Shown here: positions 1 through 9,423 of the stretch, piece by piece
Numbering within the stretch: position 1 is the first letter of the stretch
Layout of the letters: the number at the start of each line of letters is the position of its first letter
DNA from: an uncultured Candidatus Rokubacteria bacterium
GTDB taxonomy: Bacteria > Methylomirabilota > Methylomirabilia > Rokubacteriales > DASRDR01
Length of the DNA stretch: 64,000 nt
Direction: 5' to 3'
Assembly (NCBI GenBank): GCA_963826115.1
Contig: CAWGVS010000005.1
Span: 1,312,001 to 1,376,000 of the forward strand
Translations under genes and position numbers: made by a program
Notes under the pieces: model-generated
What the model was told of the DNA's origin: nothing
The model's database searches: none
What the model saw: the letters and a program-made list of their open reading frames with translations, nothing else

Positions 1-415
1 CGAACACGGCGAACAGGAAGACGGTCACCACGACCGTCGTCTGACCGATGCCCACCACGGCCATCAGGAGGGGGACCAGGGCCGACACCGGGGCGCTCAC
101 GAACACGTTCACCCAGACCCGGAGGATCCGCCCGGCGCCCTCGGATCGGGCCATCAGGATCCCCACCGGGATCCCGACGAGGAGGGCGATCGCCATGCCG
201 AGAGCGAAGGCCCGGAGCGAGGTCGCCGCCGCGTTGGCGAACTTCTGCGACGCGACGACGGTCGTCCCGCTGGCGATCACCCGGCTGAGCGGCGGAAGGA
301 TCGACACCGCGCCGGACCGGCCGATCGCCTCCCACGCGAGGCACCAGACGACGAGCGCCCCGGCCGTCAGGAGCGGGGAGCGGCCCGCCCGCGTCTCCGG
401 CGCCTCACCCCACAT
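1..415 (-). CDS. NitT/TauT-family ABC transporter permease (partial, runs off window)
   Basis: ATG at 415 reads MWGEAPETRAGRSPLLTAGALVVWCLAWEAIGR...PPLSRV...GIPVGILMARS, a hydrophobic TauC/SsuC-like N-terminus; downstream of ATPase and permease. Confidence 0.85.
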   Translation of the reverse strand, partial: MWGEAPETRAGRSPLLTAGALVVWCLAWEAIGRSGAVSILPPLSRVIASGTTVVASQKFANAAATSLRAFALGMAIALLVGIPVGILMARSEGAGRILRVWVNVFVSAPVSALVPLLMAVVGIGQTTVVVTVFLFAVF

Positions 416-1171
416 GGCTGCTTCAGCACCTGCCAGATGTCGTCCACCGCGTCGAGGTACCCCTTGTCGCGGCGGATGTCGTCCGCGACTCCGCCGGCCC
501 CGGTCCACGCTCGGGTGGACGATCCGGTGGACCGAGCCCGGACGGGGCGTCAGCAGCACGATCTGGTCGGACAGGTAGACGGCCTCCTCGATGCTGTGGG
601 TCACGAAGATGACCGTCTTGCCCCGGTCGCGGAGGAGCACCAGGAGGTCCTCCTGGAACTTCCGGCGGGTCTGCTCGTCCACCGCGGAGAACGGCTCGTC
701 CATGAGGATGATCCCGGCGTCCACGGCAAGCGCGCGGGCGAGCCCGACGCGCTGCCGCATCCCGCCCGAAAGCTGGTGCGGGTAGCTCTCCTCGAACCCC
801 GAGAGGCCCACCTCGGCGGTCCAGCGCCGCGCCGTCGCCTCACGCTCCGCGCGCGGGGTCCCGCGAAGCTCCAGACCGAACGCCACGTTCCGGAGGACCG
901 TCGCCCACGGCAGGAGCGCGAAGTCCTGGAAGACGAAGGCGCGCTCCGGCCCCGGGCCCTCGACGCGCCGTCCCCCGACGCGCACCTCGCCGGCCGAGGG
1001 CGTGACGAGGCCCGCCACCACCTTCAGCAAGGTCGTCTTGCCGCAGCCGCTCGGCCCGAGGAGCGTGGTGAGCTGCCCCCGCGGGAACGTCACCGTGACG
1101 TCCCGGAGCGCCTCCACGCCCGTCGCGTATCGCTTCCCGACGCCGAGGACCTCCACCGCGGGCTCGCTCAC
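405..1171 (-). CDS. NitT/TauT-family ABC ATP-binding protein (apparent frameshift near C-terminus)
   Basis: GTG 1171; Walker A GPSGCGKTT, LSGGMRQR signature, MDEPF, VTHSIEEA; the typical tail DDIRRDKGYLDAVDDIWQVLK is out of frame after ~500. Confidence 0.85.
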
Positions 1172-1175
1172 GCCG

Positions 1176-1934
1176 TCAGCCCCGGATGCCCGGCGGGAAG
1201 ATCCGCCGCTCGACGCGCTCGAGCCCGTGCACCGTCAGCGCGCCGAGCGCGATGATCGAGGCGATGGTCGCGAACATCTCCGGGTAGTCGGCCACCGAGG
1301 AGTGGTACGTGATCAGGTCCCCTACCCCGGTCGGGGTGATCAGGAGCTCGGCGATCACGACCCCGATGAACCCCATCGCGACGCCCAGGCGAAGCCCCAC
1401 GAAGATCAGGCCGCCGGCGTGCGGCAGCACGATCTTCCACACCGCCTGCCAGCGCGTCCCCAGGAACGACCGGCACATCTCGAGGAGCGACGGCGACGTG
1501 TTGCGGATGCCCTTGTAGGAGTTCATCGCCACCACCGGCACCGCCAGGACCACGACCGCCAGCACCTTGGCGGTCAGCCCGATGCCGTAGACGTACGTGA
1601 TCATCGGGATGATGGCCGCCATCGGCGCGGCCTGGGCGATGACGAACAGCGGCAGGACCAGCCACTCCGTCGCGCGGCTCAGCCCCATCGCCACGCCGGC
1701 CCCGACCCCCAGCGCCGCCGAGATCGCGACGCCGATCAGGAGCGGCTGCAGGGTCGAGGCGTACGCCCGCGCCAGGGAGCCGTCCATCACCATGCGCCCC
1801 AGCGCGAGCACGGTCCGGCTGAACGGCGGAAAGGCGGGGCTCACGGGCCAGCGCCCCGCCCACTCCCAGATCCCGAAGGCGAGGAGGAACGACGCGCCTA
1901 CCCAGAGGGCTCGGCGCGTCGGGTCCTCCGTCAC
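1176..1934 (-). CDS. NitT/TauT-family ABC transporter permease
   Basis: Multi-TM protein with EAA-like loop (LLEMCRSFLGTRWQAVWKIVLP) and VIAELL...GVG. Confidence 0.9.
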   Translation of the reverse strand: MTEDPTRRALWVGASFLLAFGIWEWAGRWPVSPAFPPFSRTVLALGRMVMDGSLARAYASTLQPLLIGVAISAALGVGAGVAMGLSRATEWLVLPLFVIAQAAPMAAIIPMITYVYGIGLTAKVLAVVVLAVPVVAMNSYKGIRNTSPSLLEMCRSFLGTRWQAVWKIVLPHAGGLIFVGLRLGVAMGFIGVVIAELLITPTGVGDLITYHSSVADYPEMFATIASIIALGALTVHGLERVERRIFPPGIRG

Positions 1935-1941
1935 GACCGAA

Positions 1942-2934
1942 TCACGAGCCGATCTTGGCCAGCGCCGCCTTGAGCACCCCCAGGTGCCAGAACTCCTCGG
2001 CCTTCAGGCCGTCGCCCTTCAGCTGGCCCGCCAGCGTGAAGAACTCGATGTCGGTGGCGGCGGCCTTGGCCGCGCCCCCGTCCGCCGGGAAGATGCCGCC
2101 CTGGACTCCCTCCTGGTAGAAGGGCAGGATCTCCGCCTCCATCTTTTCCGGGAGGTCCTTCAGGAGCCCGAGGCGCTTCCGCTCCTCGACGGCGAACGCC
2201 GGATTCGCGTTGATCGCGCGGGCCGCCTTGAGGAGCTCCTCGACCAGCACCGTCACCGCCGCCTGGTTCTTCTCGAGGAACGCGGTCGTGGCGAACAGCG
2301 CCTCGTCGCTCGCCTTGAGCTCGCCCAGAGGGAGGATCAGGAACTTGTCCGGCGCCTCCTTCATGACGTAGTTCTTGTTGGGCGCGTCGAGGATCGTGGC
2401 CTTGATGGTGCCCTTCAGCAGGGCGAGGGCGCGGACCTGCGAGCCGGGGACGTAGCTGATGCTCTTGTACTTGATCCCGTGCTGCTTGGCAGCGAGCACC
2501 ATGATCGCCTCCGTGCCGGAGCCCCTGGCGTGGACCGCCAGGTCCTGCCCATCCAGATCCTTCCAGGTCTTGTACTGCTCCTTGGCGACGACCGGGAAGA
2601 ACTGGAGCGTCATGAGCTGGTAGAAGAACCGGACGGGCACGGTGACCTTCTGGATGGCCGCGTACGGCGTGCCCTGGCCGACGTCCGCCTGCCCGTTGAT
2701 CACGGCCTGGGTGGCGATCTCCTCGCTCTTGAACGGCGTGATCTCCACCTCGACGCCGCGACCCTTCGCCCGCTCGGCGGCAATCAGGAGCGGCAGGTCG
2801 TCGATCCCGACCACGTCGCCCAGCGCGTAGCGGATCTTCGTCGGCCCCTGGGCCTCCCCGCTCGCGGCCAGGAGGCCGAGCACGACGGCCAGCGTGATGA
2901 CGGCATACGGCAATCGGCGGGTCCCCACTCGCAT
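1942..2934 (-). CDS. ABC substrate-binding protein (NMT1/THI5/SsuA-like)
   Basis: GGAGG SD then ATG 2934; signal peptide ending AASGEA-Q; WKDLDGQDLAVHARGSGT motif; precedes permease. Confidence 0.85.
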   Translation of the reverse strand: MRVGTRRLPYAVITLAVVLGLLAASGEAQGPTKIRYALGDVVGIDDLPLLIAAERAKGRGVEVEITPFKSEEIATQAVINGQADVGQGTPYAAIQKVTVPVRFFYQLMTLQFFPVVAKEQYKTWKDLDGQDLAVHARGSGTEAIMVLAAKQHGIKYKSISYVPGSQVRALALLKGTIKATILDAPNKNYVMKEAPDKFLILPLGELKASDEALFATTAFLEKNQAAVTVLVEELLKAARAINANPAFAVEERKRLGLLKDLPEKMEAEILPFYQEGVQGGIFPADGGAAKAAATDIEFFTLAGQLKGDGLKAEEFWHLGVLKAALAKIGS

Positions 2935-3014
2935 GGCTTCCTCCTCGTGACGATGTGGATCCGTCGCGCCGCCGCGGTACACGCCTCGCGGCGGCCTTCC
3001 TGAGACCAGGACTC

Positions 3015-3701
3015 CTAGACGACGCGGACCGAGAGCTCCCCCACGCCGTCCACGCCGCCGCGCAGCACGTCCCCGCGCTCCACGGGGCCCACCCCGGCGG
3101 GGGTCCCCGTGAAGACCAGGTCGCCGGGCGCCAGGGTGAAGAGCGTGGACAGGTACGCGATCATCTCGGGGATCTTCCAGATGAGCTGCCCGAGGTTGCC
3201 CAGCTGCCGGACGCTCCCGTTGACCTCCAGCCAGACCGCGCCCTTGCTCGGGTGGCCGATCTCCGAGGCGCGCCGGAGGGCGGAGCAGGGCGCCGAGCCG
3301 TCGAAGGCCTTTCCGGTGTCCCACGGCCGGCCCATCTTCTTCGCCTCGGCCTGGAGATCGCGCCGCGTCATGTCGAGTCCCACGGCGTAGCCGTAGACGA
3401 GGTCGAGGGCGGAGGACGCCGGGACCTCGGAGCCTCCCGAGCCCAGCGCCACGACCAGCTCCAGCTCGTGGTGCACGTCCTGGCTGTGGGACGGATACAC
3501 GAAGTCCGCGCCGTCGGTCACGATCGCGTCCGCGGGCTTCATGAAGAAGAACGGCGGCTCCCGGTCGGGGTCGTGACCCATCTCGCGGGCGTGCTCGACA
3601 TAGTTGCGCCCCACGCAGTAGATCCGGTGGACGGGAAAGCGCCCGTGGGTACCCTCGACGGCGAGCGAGGGGGTCGGCAGGACAGGGATCAGGTACTCCA
3701 T
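3015..3701 (-). CDS. Fumarylacetoacetate hydrolase family protein (fumarylpyruvate hydrolase-like)
   Basis: RIYCVGRNY, PFFFMKP, HHELEL, DMTRRDLQ, W..GKAFD, GDLVFTGTPAGV motifs; GGAGG SD. Confidence 0.93.
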   Translation of the reverse strand: MEYLIPVLPTPSLAVEGTHGRFPVHRIYCVGRNYVEHAREMGHDPDREPPFFFMKPADAIVTDGADFVYPSHSQDVHHELELVVALGSGGSEVPASSALDLVYGYAVGLDMTRRDLQAEAKKMGRPWDTGKAFDGSAPCSALRRASEIGHPSKGAVWLEVNGSVRQLGNLGQLIWKIPEMIAYLSTLFTLAPGDLVFTGTPAGVGPVERGDVLRGGVDGVGELSVRVV

Positions 3702-4007
3702 TCGTTTCCTCCCGGGATTCGCTGGCCGAGATCTCGGCCGCGTTCCCTCTTGAATACCACATCCCGGGGGCGATGCCGAGGGTGTTCCCCGACTCCGCGG
3801 CCCCCGTCCTCCGCGGGACGCCCCCCCACCATGCGTCCACCGCCTGGCTGCCGGGCCTCGGGCCGACCTCAGGGACGCCATTGCCCGCCCCCGCGTCCTC
3901 GCGATAACGTTCCCGTGCATCGGCCAAACAACCGAGCCTGAGGGCATTTCCGGGGGACGGGACGGGAGCGACACCCTCACTGCCGTGAGCCGGAGGGGAG
4001 ACGAGCG

Positions 4008-4544
4008 ATGGCGAGCCTGACGGAGCGGATGCTCGGCGCGGCCAAGCTGGACGCCGCCACATACGAGGAGGTGGAGGCCGACGCGACGGCGACGCGTCAG
4101 GCCTTGCTGGTCGTGGTGCTCGCCAGCGTGGCGGACGGCGTCGGCGCCATCCGGGCGATGGGGGTCGGGGGGCTCGTCCTGGCGGCCCTCGCCTCCCTGC
4201 TCGGCTGGTACGTCTGGGCGATCAGCACGTACGTCGTGGGCACGCGCCTGTTCCCCGGCGCCAAGACCGAGGCGAACGTGGGGCAACTCCTGCGGACCAT
4301 CGGCTTCTCGGCCACCCCGGGCCTGATCCGCGCGCTGGGCATCGTCCCGGCGCTGTACGGGACGGTCTCCGTCGTCGCCTCACTGTGGATGCTCGCGGCG
4401 ATGGTGGTGGCGGTGCGCCAAGCGCTCGACTACGAGTCGACGGGCCGAGCGGCCGCCGTCTGCCTCATCGGGTTCGTGCTGAACTTTGCGTTTCTCTTCG
4501 TCGTGGGCAGGCTGCTGGGCGCCCCGGTCATGGTCGCCCCCTGA
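4008..4544 (+). CDS. YIP1-family membrane protein
   Basis: ERMLGAAKLD.ATYEEVE.D..AT.QA, LLRTIGFS..PG, AVRQALDY.STGRA; about 5 TM helices. Confidence 0.8.
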   Translation: MASLTERMLGAAKLDAATYEEVEADATATRQALLVVVLASVADGVGAIRAMGVGGLVLAALASLLGWYVWAISTYVVGTRLFPGAKTEANVGQLLRTIGFSATPGLIRALGIVPALYGTVSVVASLWMLAAMVVAVRQALDYESTGRAAAVCLIGFVLNFAFLFVVGRLLGAPVMVAP

Positions 4545-4584
4545 GGGCAGAGCGGCCGAGAAGCACGGATCGCGTCGGCCAGGT

Positions 4585-5379
4585 CTAGGTCCGGCTCCCG
4601 GTTCCCCGCATCGCCTCGAGGAAGTCCGCGATGGTGCGCCGGGCCAAGACTCCGAAGTTCATCGTGATGAGCCGCACGCCGCGCTGGCTCATGGCCCGCG
4701 CCTCGGCCCCCGTCGCCACCGGGTACATCACGACCTTCCCCGCGGCGAGCGTGAGGTCGATCGCGCGGTCGACCAGGCGCCGGACCTCCGGGTGCATCGT
4801 GGCGCCGCCGAAGTACTGGCGGCCGAGGATGAGGGCCATGTCTCCCGCCCCGACGAAGCAGCCGTCGAGCCCGTCGACCTTGAGGATCTCCGGCAGGGCC
4901 TCGACGGCCTGAGGCTCCTCGATGAGCCCGAGACACAGCACCTCGCGGTCGGACTGCTCGAGGTGCTGGGGCGGTGTCTGCGTGAATCCGTAGCCGGCGG
5001 CCCGGCTCGAGCTCGCCGCCCCGCGAATGCCCCGGGGAGGGTACTTGCACGCGCGAACGAAGGCCTCGGTGTCCGCGGCGCTGTTGCAGTGGGGCAGGAT
5101 GAGCCCCTCCACCCCCGCGTCCAGGTAGCGGAGGACGAGCGAGGCCTCGCCGTTCGGCACGCGGGCGAGGGCCGTCGCCCCGCCGGCCTGGGCGGCGCGC
5201 GCCAGGTTGCGCACTCCCTGGGGATCGACGCCGGCATGCTCCCCGTCGGCGATCACGAAGTCGAAGCCTGCCATCGCGCAGAACTCGAAGAGCTCCGGGG
5301 ACCAGAACTCCTGGAACAGCGGGCCAACGCACGTCTGCCCGGCGACGATCTTCTCGCGCAGTCGGTTCGGTCGCGCCAT
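4585..5379 (-). CDS. HpcH/HpaI class II aldolase
   Basis: GFDFVIADGEH, ARVP, LDAG.EG, KYPPRGIRG, LIE, GAGD motifs. Confidence 0.9.
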   Translation of the reverse strand: MARPNRLREKIVAGQTCVGPLFQEFWSPELFEFCAMAGFDFVIADGEHAGVDPQGVRNLARAAQAGGATALARVPNGEASLVLRYLDAGVEGLILPHCNSAADTEAFVRACKYPPRGIRGAASSSRAAGYGFTQTPPQHLEQSDREVLCLGLIEEPQAVEALPEILKVDGLDGCFVGAGDMALILGRQYFGGATMHPEVRRLVDRAIDLTLAAGKVVMYPVATGAEARAMSQRGVRLITMNFGVLARRTIADFLEAMRGTGSRT

Positions 5380-5388
5380 GGGCGCGGC

Positions 5389-6396
5389 CTATCGACCCAG
5401 CCGCGCGCGGAGCTCGCCGACCGTGTAGCGGCCCGGGCGCTCGCGCGACCGGGCCATTTCCGTGATCAGCTCCAGCAGGAGCCCGCTGTAAGGCGTCGGC
5501 ACGCCGTGCGCCCGGCCCAGCCGGACGATCTCGCCGTTGAACCAGTCCGCCTCGACCTGGCCGCTGCGATGGTAGAGATCCTGCCAGAGGGACGGGCGGT
5601 GCTTCGGCTCCTCCGCCGCGGGGACGGTGACCCCGGTCGCGGGCCCGCGAAGGTCCTCGATACGCTTCTCGACCGTACCGAGACCCGGCGGTCCGTCGAA
5701 GCGGATGCCGGCCGCGCGCAGGACGCGGACGCCCTCGTCGTAGACGTCGGCCATCCAGGCCCGCACCTCGGGGTCGGCGTGCGCCTCCTGCCCGGAGATC
5801 CCGAGCAGCCCGAACGTGGCGTTGTTGAGGTTGACCGCCATCTTGTTCCATTTGTGGACGGCGATCTCTTCGGTCGTGTAGGCGGGGATGTCCGTCTTGG
5901 ACACCGCCTGGGCCACCTCGCGCGCGACGTCGGAGAGCCCCGAGGGCCAGGTCCCGATGCCGAGGGGTCCCGCGCTCGTGTGAACGACCTCCCCGGGGAC
6001 CAGGCGCTTCGCGCCGATCATCACCATCACGCCGTGGATCAGGCGGAAGTAACGGGCCGCCGTCTCCTCGTTCCGGACGCCGTTCTGCGCGCAGAAGACC
6101 GGCAGCTCGAGCGACGTCGTCCGCCGGACTGCCTGCATGGCCGTGTCGGTGTGGAAGGACTTGACCGAGCAGACGAGGACGTCGCCGCTCCGGAATGACA
6201 CCTGGCCCACGTCGGTCACCGCCGGCGCACGGACGACATGGTGCCCGTGCACGCCCCGGAGCTGGAGGCCGTGACGGTTGATGGCGTCGACGTGCTCACG
6301 CCACGGGTCTACGAACAGGACGTCGAGCCCGGCCTTGGCGAGCTGCCCGCCCACCACGCCGCCGATCGCGCCGGACCCCAGCATCACGAAGCGCAT
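5389..6396 (-). CDS. Ketopantoate reductase (PanE/ApbA)-family protein
   Basis: GSGAIGG Rossmann motif, VKS, QNG, KWNKMAVN, PSLWQD..E...NGEIV; TGATG coupling to upstream gene. Confidence 0.88.
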   Translation of the reverse strand: MRFVMLGSGAIGGVVGGQLAKAGLDVLFVDPWREHVDAINRHGLQLRGVHGHHVVRAPAVTDVGQVSFRSGDVLVCSVKSFHTDTAMQAVRRTTSLELPVFCAQNGVRNEETAARYFRLIHGVMVMIGAKRLVPGEVVHTSAGPLGIGTWPSGLSDVAREVAQAVSKTDIPAYTTEEIAVHKWNKMAVNLNNATFGLLGISGQEAHADPEVRAWMADVYDEGVRVLRAAGIRFDGPPGLGTVEKRIEDLRGPATGVTVPAAEEPKHRPSLWQDLYHRSGQVEADWFNGEIVRLGRAHGVPTPYSGLLLELITEMARSRERPGRYTVGELRARLGR

Positions 6397-8528
6397 CAGT
6401 CCTCCTCGGTCCCGGCCGGCGGCGGCTCCCCCGCCCGCCGGATCCACACGGCCGTATCGTGGAACACGGCGCCGCCGTTGGGATACCCGGGTTCGGCGCT
6501 GGTCAGGGCGTTGATCCCGATGCCGCCCTCGAAGTGCTTGTTGGGCCAGATCCCCTCGACGACGACCACGCCCTGTTGCTGGCCCGGACGAGGCCGGGCG
6601 TGGGCAACCACGTGCCCACGCTCGTTCCCGAGCGTGACGCGGTCGCCTTCGACGACGCCGAGCGCCCGGCAGTCCTCCGGGTTCATCAGCGCGGTCGGGC
6701 GGCGCTCCCGGGCAAGTGACCCGGGCGTCTCCGAGAAGGTCGAGTTGAGGAACGTGCGGGCGGGCGCCGCCACCAGCCGGAAGGGCTTCTCGGCCGTGGC
6801 CCGGTCGATCACGTCGAAGTGATCGGGAAGCCGCGGCATCTTGGCGCCCCGCCCTCCGAACGCGTCCCAGTCAGGCCTGAAGCGAAACTTCCCATCAGGC
6901 CATGCAAACCCGCTCAGGAAATGAGCTTTCGCGAACGGGAGCGCCATGTCCTGACCGCCTCGCTCGAGGTTCGTCCGAGCATCCCACATGCCCGAGCGCC
7001 TGAGGGTCTCGTCCATGATCTCCCACGCGGTCATCCCGAAGCCCGGGTGCTCGGCCCCGAGGCGCCGGGCGAGTTCCGCGATGACGAAGTGGTTCTCCCG
7101 GCACTCCCCCGGCGGCTCCACGACCTTCCGCGCCACCTGGAAGTACGTGTGGCCGCTCGCCGTGTAGAAGTCGTCGTGCTCCAGGAACATGGTGGCCGGG
7201 AGCACCACGTCCGCGTAGGCGGCCGTCTCCGTCGGGAACTGCTCGTGGACGCAGAGGAACAGATCCTCCCGCGCGAGGCCCTGGTGGACCAGGCGGAGAT
7301 CCGGGCACACCATCGCGGGATTCGTGTTCTGGACGAGCATCGCGGTGACCGGCGGGCCCCCGTGAAGGGCTTCCGAATCGCCGGTCAGGATCGGCCCGAG
7401 GCGCGACTGGTCGAGGGCACGGATCGTGGGATCCACCCGGTCGAGGCCCTCGATCACGCTCCGGTCCAGAGGATAGATGGCCGTGTGACCGTAGAGAGCG
7501 CCTCCACCCGGATACTGCCAGGCCCCCGTGACCGCCGGGAGACAGGTGACCGCGTGCATCTGGGCCGCCCCGTTGCGCGAGCGGCTGAAGCCATGGTGGC
7601 AGCGGATGAAGCTTCGCTTGGTTCGGCCGTAGAGGCGCGCGAACGAGACGATCTCGTCCACGGTGAGGCCGGTGATCTCCGCCGCCCACGCGGGCGTCCG
7701 CGTCCGGACGTGCGCCGCCAGCTCGTCCGGCGCGTCCGTGTACCGGCGCATGTAGGCCCAGTCCGCATGGCCCTCGGCGAACAGGACGTGCATCACCGCG
7801 CAGACGAGCGCGCCGTCGGTGCCGGGCCGGGGGGCGAGGTGGATGTCGGCGCGCTCGGCGGTACCGGTCCGGTACGGGTCGACCACGACCAGCGGAGCTC
7901 CCCGCCGCTGCGCCCGCGTGACGTGGGTCATCACGTTGACCTGGGTGTTGACGGGATTCCCGCCCCAGATCACGACGAGCTCCGAGTGCTCGCCCACCTC
8001 GCGGAGGTCGACTCCCCGCTTGGCGCCCGTCCCGGCGATCCAGCCGGTGTCGGACAGCGTGACGCAGATCGTCGAGAACCAGCGGGAGTAGCGCATGACG
8101 TGGCGCAGGCGGTTGATGCCGTCCCGCTGCACGAGCCCCATCGTGCCCGCGTAGAAGTACGGCCAGACGGTCTCCGCGCCATGACGCGCCGCCTTCTCGA
8201 CGAACGCATCCGCGACGCGGTCGAGGGCCTCGTCCCAGGAGATGCGGGTGAACTGGCCAGAGCCCTTCGGGCCGACCCGCCGGAGCGGGTACAGAAGGCG
8301 GTCGGGATGGTGGATGCGCTCGGCGTAGCGGCCGACCTTCTCGCAGATGACGCCAGCGGTGTAGGTGTTCCGCGTCGACCCGCGCACCCGCCCGATCGTG
8401 TGCGCGTCCAGGCGCTCGACCTCGAGCGCGCACGTGCTGGTGCAGTCGTGGGGGCAGACGGAGGGAACGACCTCGAGCGCGCCCCGTCGCCCGACGGGCC
8501 CCGGCGCGGTTACCGGCGCGTCACGCAT
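6396..8528 (-). CDS. Molybdopterin (bis-MGD) oxidoreductase, single subunit with N-terminal 4Fe-4S
   Basis: CPHDCTSTC...GVICEK, RLLYPL, ISWDEALD, WGGNP, PRPGTDGAL, TETAAYADVVLPA, C-terminal MopB-CT domain. Confidence 0.92.
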   Translation of the reverse strand: MRDAPVTAPGPVGRRGALEVVPSVCPHDCTSTCALEVERLDAHTIGRVRGSTRNTYTAGVICEKVGRYAERIHHPDRLLYPLRRVGPKGSGQFTRISWDEALDRVADAFVEKAARHGAETVWPYFYAGTMGLVQRDGINRLRHVMRYSRWFSTICVTLSDTGWIAGTGAKRGVDLREVGEHSELVVIWGGNPVNTQVNVMTHVTRAQRRGAPLVVVDPYRTGTAERADIHLAPRPGTDGALVCAVMHVLFAEGHADWAYMRRYTDAPDELAAHVRTRTPAWAAEITGLTVDEIVSFARLYGRTKRSFIRCHHGFSRSRNGAAQMHAVTCLPAVTGAWQYPGGGALYGHTAIYPLDRSVIEGLDRVDPTIRALDQSRLGPILTGDSEALHGGPPVTAMLVQNTNPAMVCPDLRLVHQGLAREDLFLCVHEQFPTETAAYADVVLPATMFLEHDDFYTASGHTYFQVARKVVEPPGECRENHFVIAELARRLGAEHPGFGMTAWEIMDETLRRSGMWDARTNLERGGQDMALPFAKAHFLSGFAWPDGKFRFRPDWDAFGGRGAKMPRLPDHFDVIDRATAEKPFRLVAAPARTFLNSTFSETPGSLARERRPTALMNPEDCRALGVVEGDRVTLGNERGHVVAHARPRPGQQQGVVVVEGIWPNKHFEGGIGINALTSAEPGYPNGGAVFHDTAVWIRRAGEPPPAGTEED

Positions 8529-8569
8529 GGGCCGAGAATACCTTCCTCGATCGGCCCTGACAACGTCGC

Positions 8570-9223
8570 TCAGCGCCTCCGGCTTCCGCGATCGAGCCAG
8601 AAGCCGAGCCCGGTGATCACACCGATCATGAGGAGCGAGCTGACCGCCACGACCGAGGGCGCCGGGGGCGGGCCTGTCGCCACGCCACCCCAGATCGTCA
8701 AGAGGCCCGCCAGCGCCACCACCGCACCGAGCCCCCGGCGGGCCGCGCCTCGCGCCGCGCCCGCGGTCCCGAGGTAGAGCCACCATCCCACCCCGCCCAT
8801 CGCGCACTCGACGGCGAGCTCGACGCCCGTGTGCCGCCAGAGGCCCAGGCCCACGTGGTACGACCCCGCTCCCAGCAGCGGAAGCCCGGCGACGTGCACC
8901 AGGGCGTCCAGGAGGAAGTGCGAGAAGACCGTGGCCCCGACGACCAGGCTCGCCGCGCGACCCGACCCGGCCAGCCGCATCGCCACGCACGCGGCCGCCG
9001 ACCACCCGAGGCTCGCGACCAGCCCGTGAGAGTACGGGAACGTGAACGTCGGGTAACGCGGCGCCATCGGACCTGCCGGGAGCTGGACCGACTCGAGTCC
9101 CACGAGGACGAACACCCAGAGGAGCGCGTCGAGCCACATCGCGGCGAGGAACAGCGTCCCGAGGCTGACCGGCGGGGCGACGCGTCGGGCCGCCAGTCCG
9201 GCGCCCAGATGGCCCACGAACAT
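8570..9223 (-). CDS. Membrane-bound metal-dependent hydrolase-like protein (YdjM-like)
   Basis: MFVGH, PYSHGL, SHFLLD..VH His/Asp motifs within TM helices. Confidence 0.75.
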   Translation of the reverse strand: MFVGHLGAGLAARRVAPPVSLGTLFLAAMWLDALLWVFVLVGLESVQLPAGPMAPRYPTFTFPYSHGLVASLGWSAAACVAMRLAGSGRAASLVVGATVFSHFLLDALVHVAGLPLLGAGSYHVGLGLWRHTGVELAVECAMGGVGWWLYLGTAGAARGAARRGLGAVVALAGLLTIWGGVATGPPPAPSVVAVSSLLMIGVITGLGFWLDRGSRRR

Positions 9224-9423
9224 TGCGTCATGATAGTACGCGCGCGTCCGTCACGCGTTGGCTCGCCCGACGTGGAGGCAGACCTCGCGGCCTACCCCCG
9301 ATCGTTGCGCCGGGCCCAGGGAGTGCGTATATACTCGGCCCGCCGTTTCTTCGGTCAGCGCCTCGTCCGGCTCGCCGGCGGGGCCTCGCAGGCTGCCCGC
9401 ACCCGATGGGGAGGAAGCCCGGC

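Noticed and set aside
3741-4007. Long intergenic region as possible riboswitch
   Set aside because: No recognisable riboswitch consensus; consistent with a divergent promoter region
1942-4062. 706-aa ORF suggesting a long N-terminal extension of the SBP
   Set aside because: Real start is ATG 2934 with SD and signal peptide; the upstream part is an off-frame read of the FAH gene. The same applies to extended ORF-track starts at 9137, 32139, 33313, 56481 and 62506
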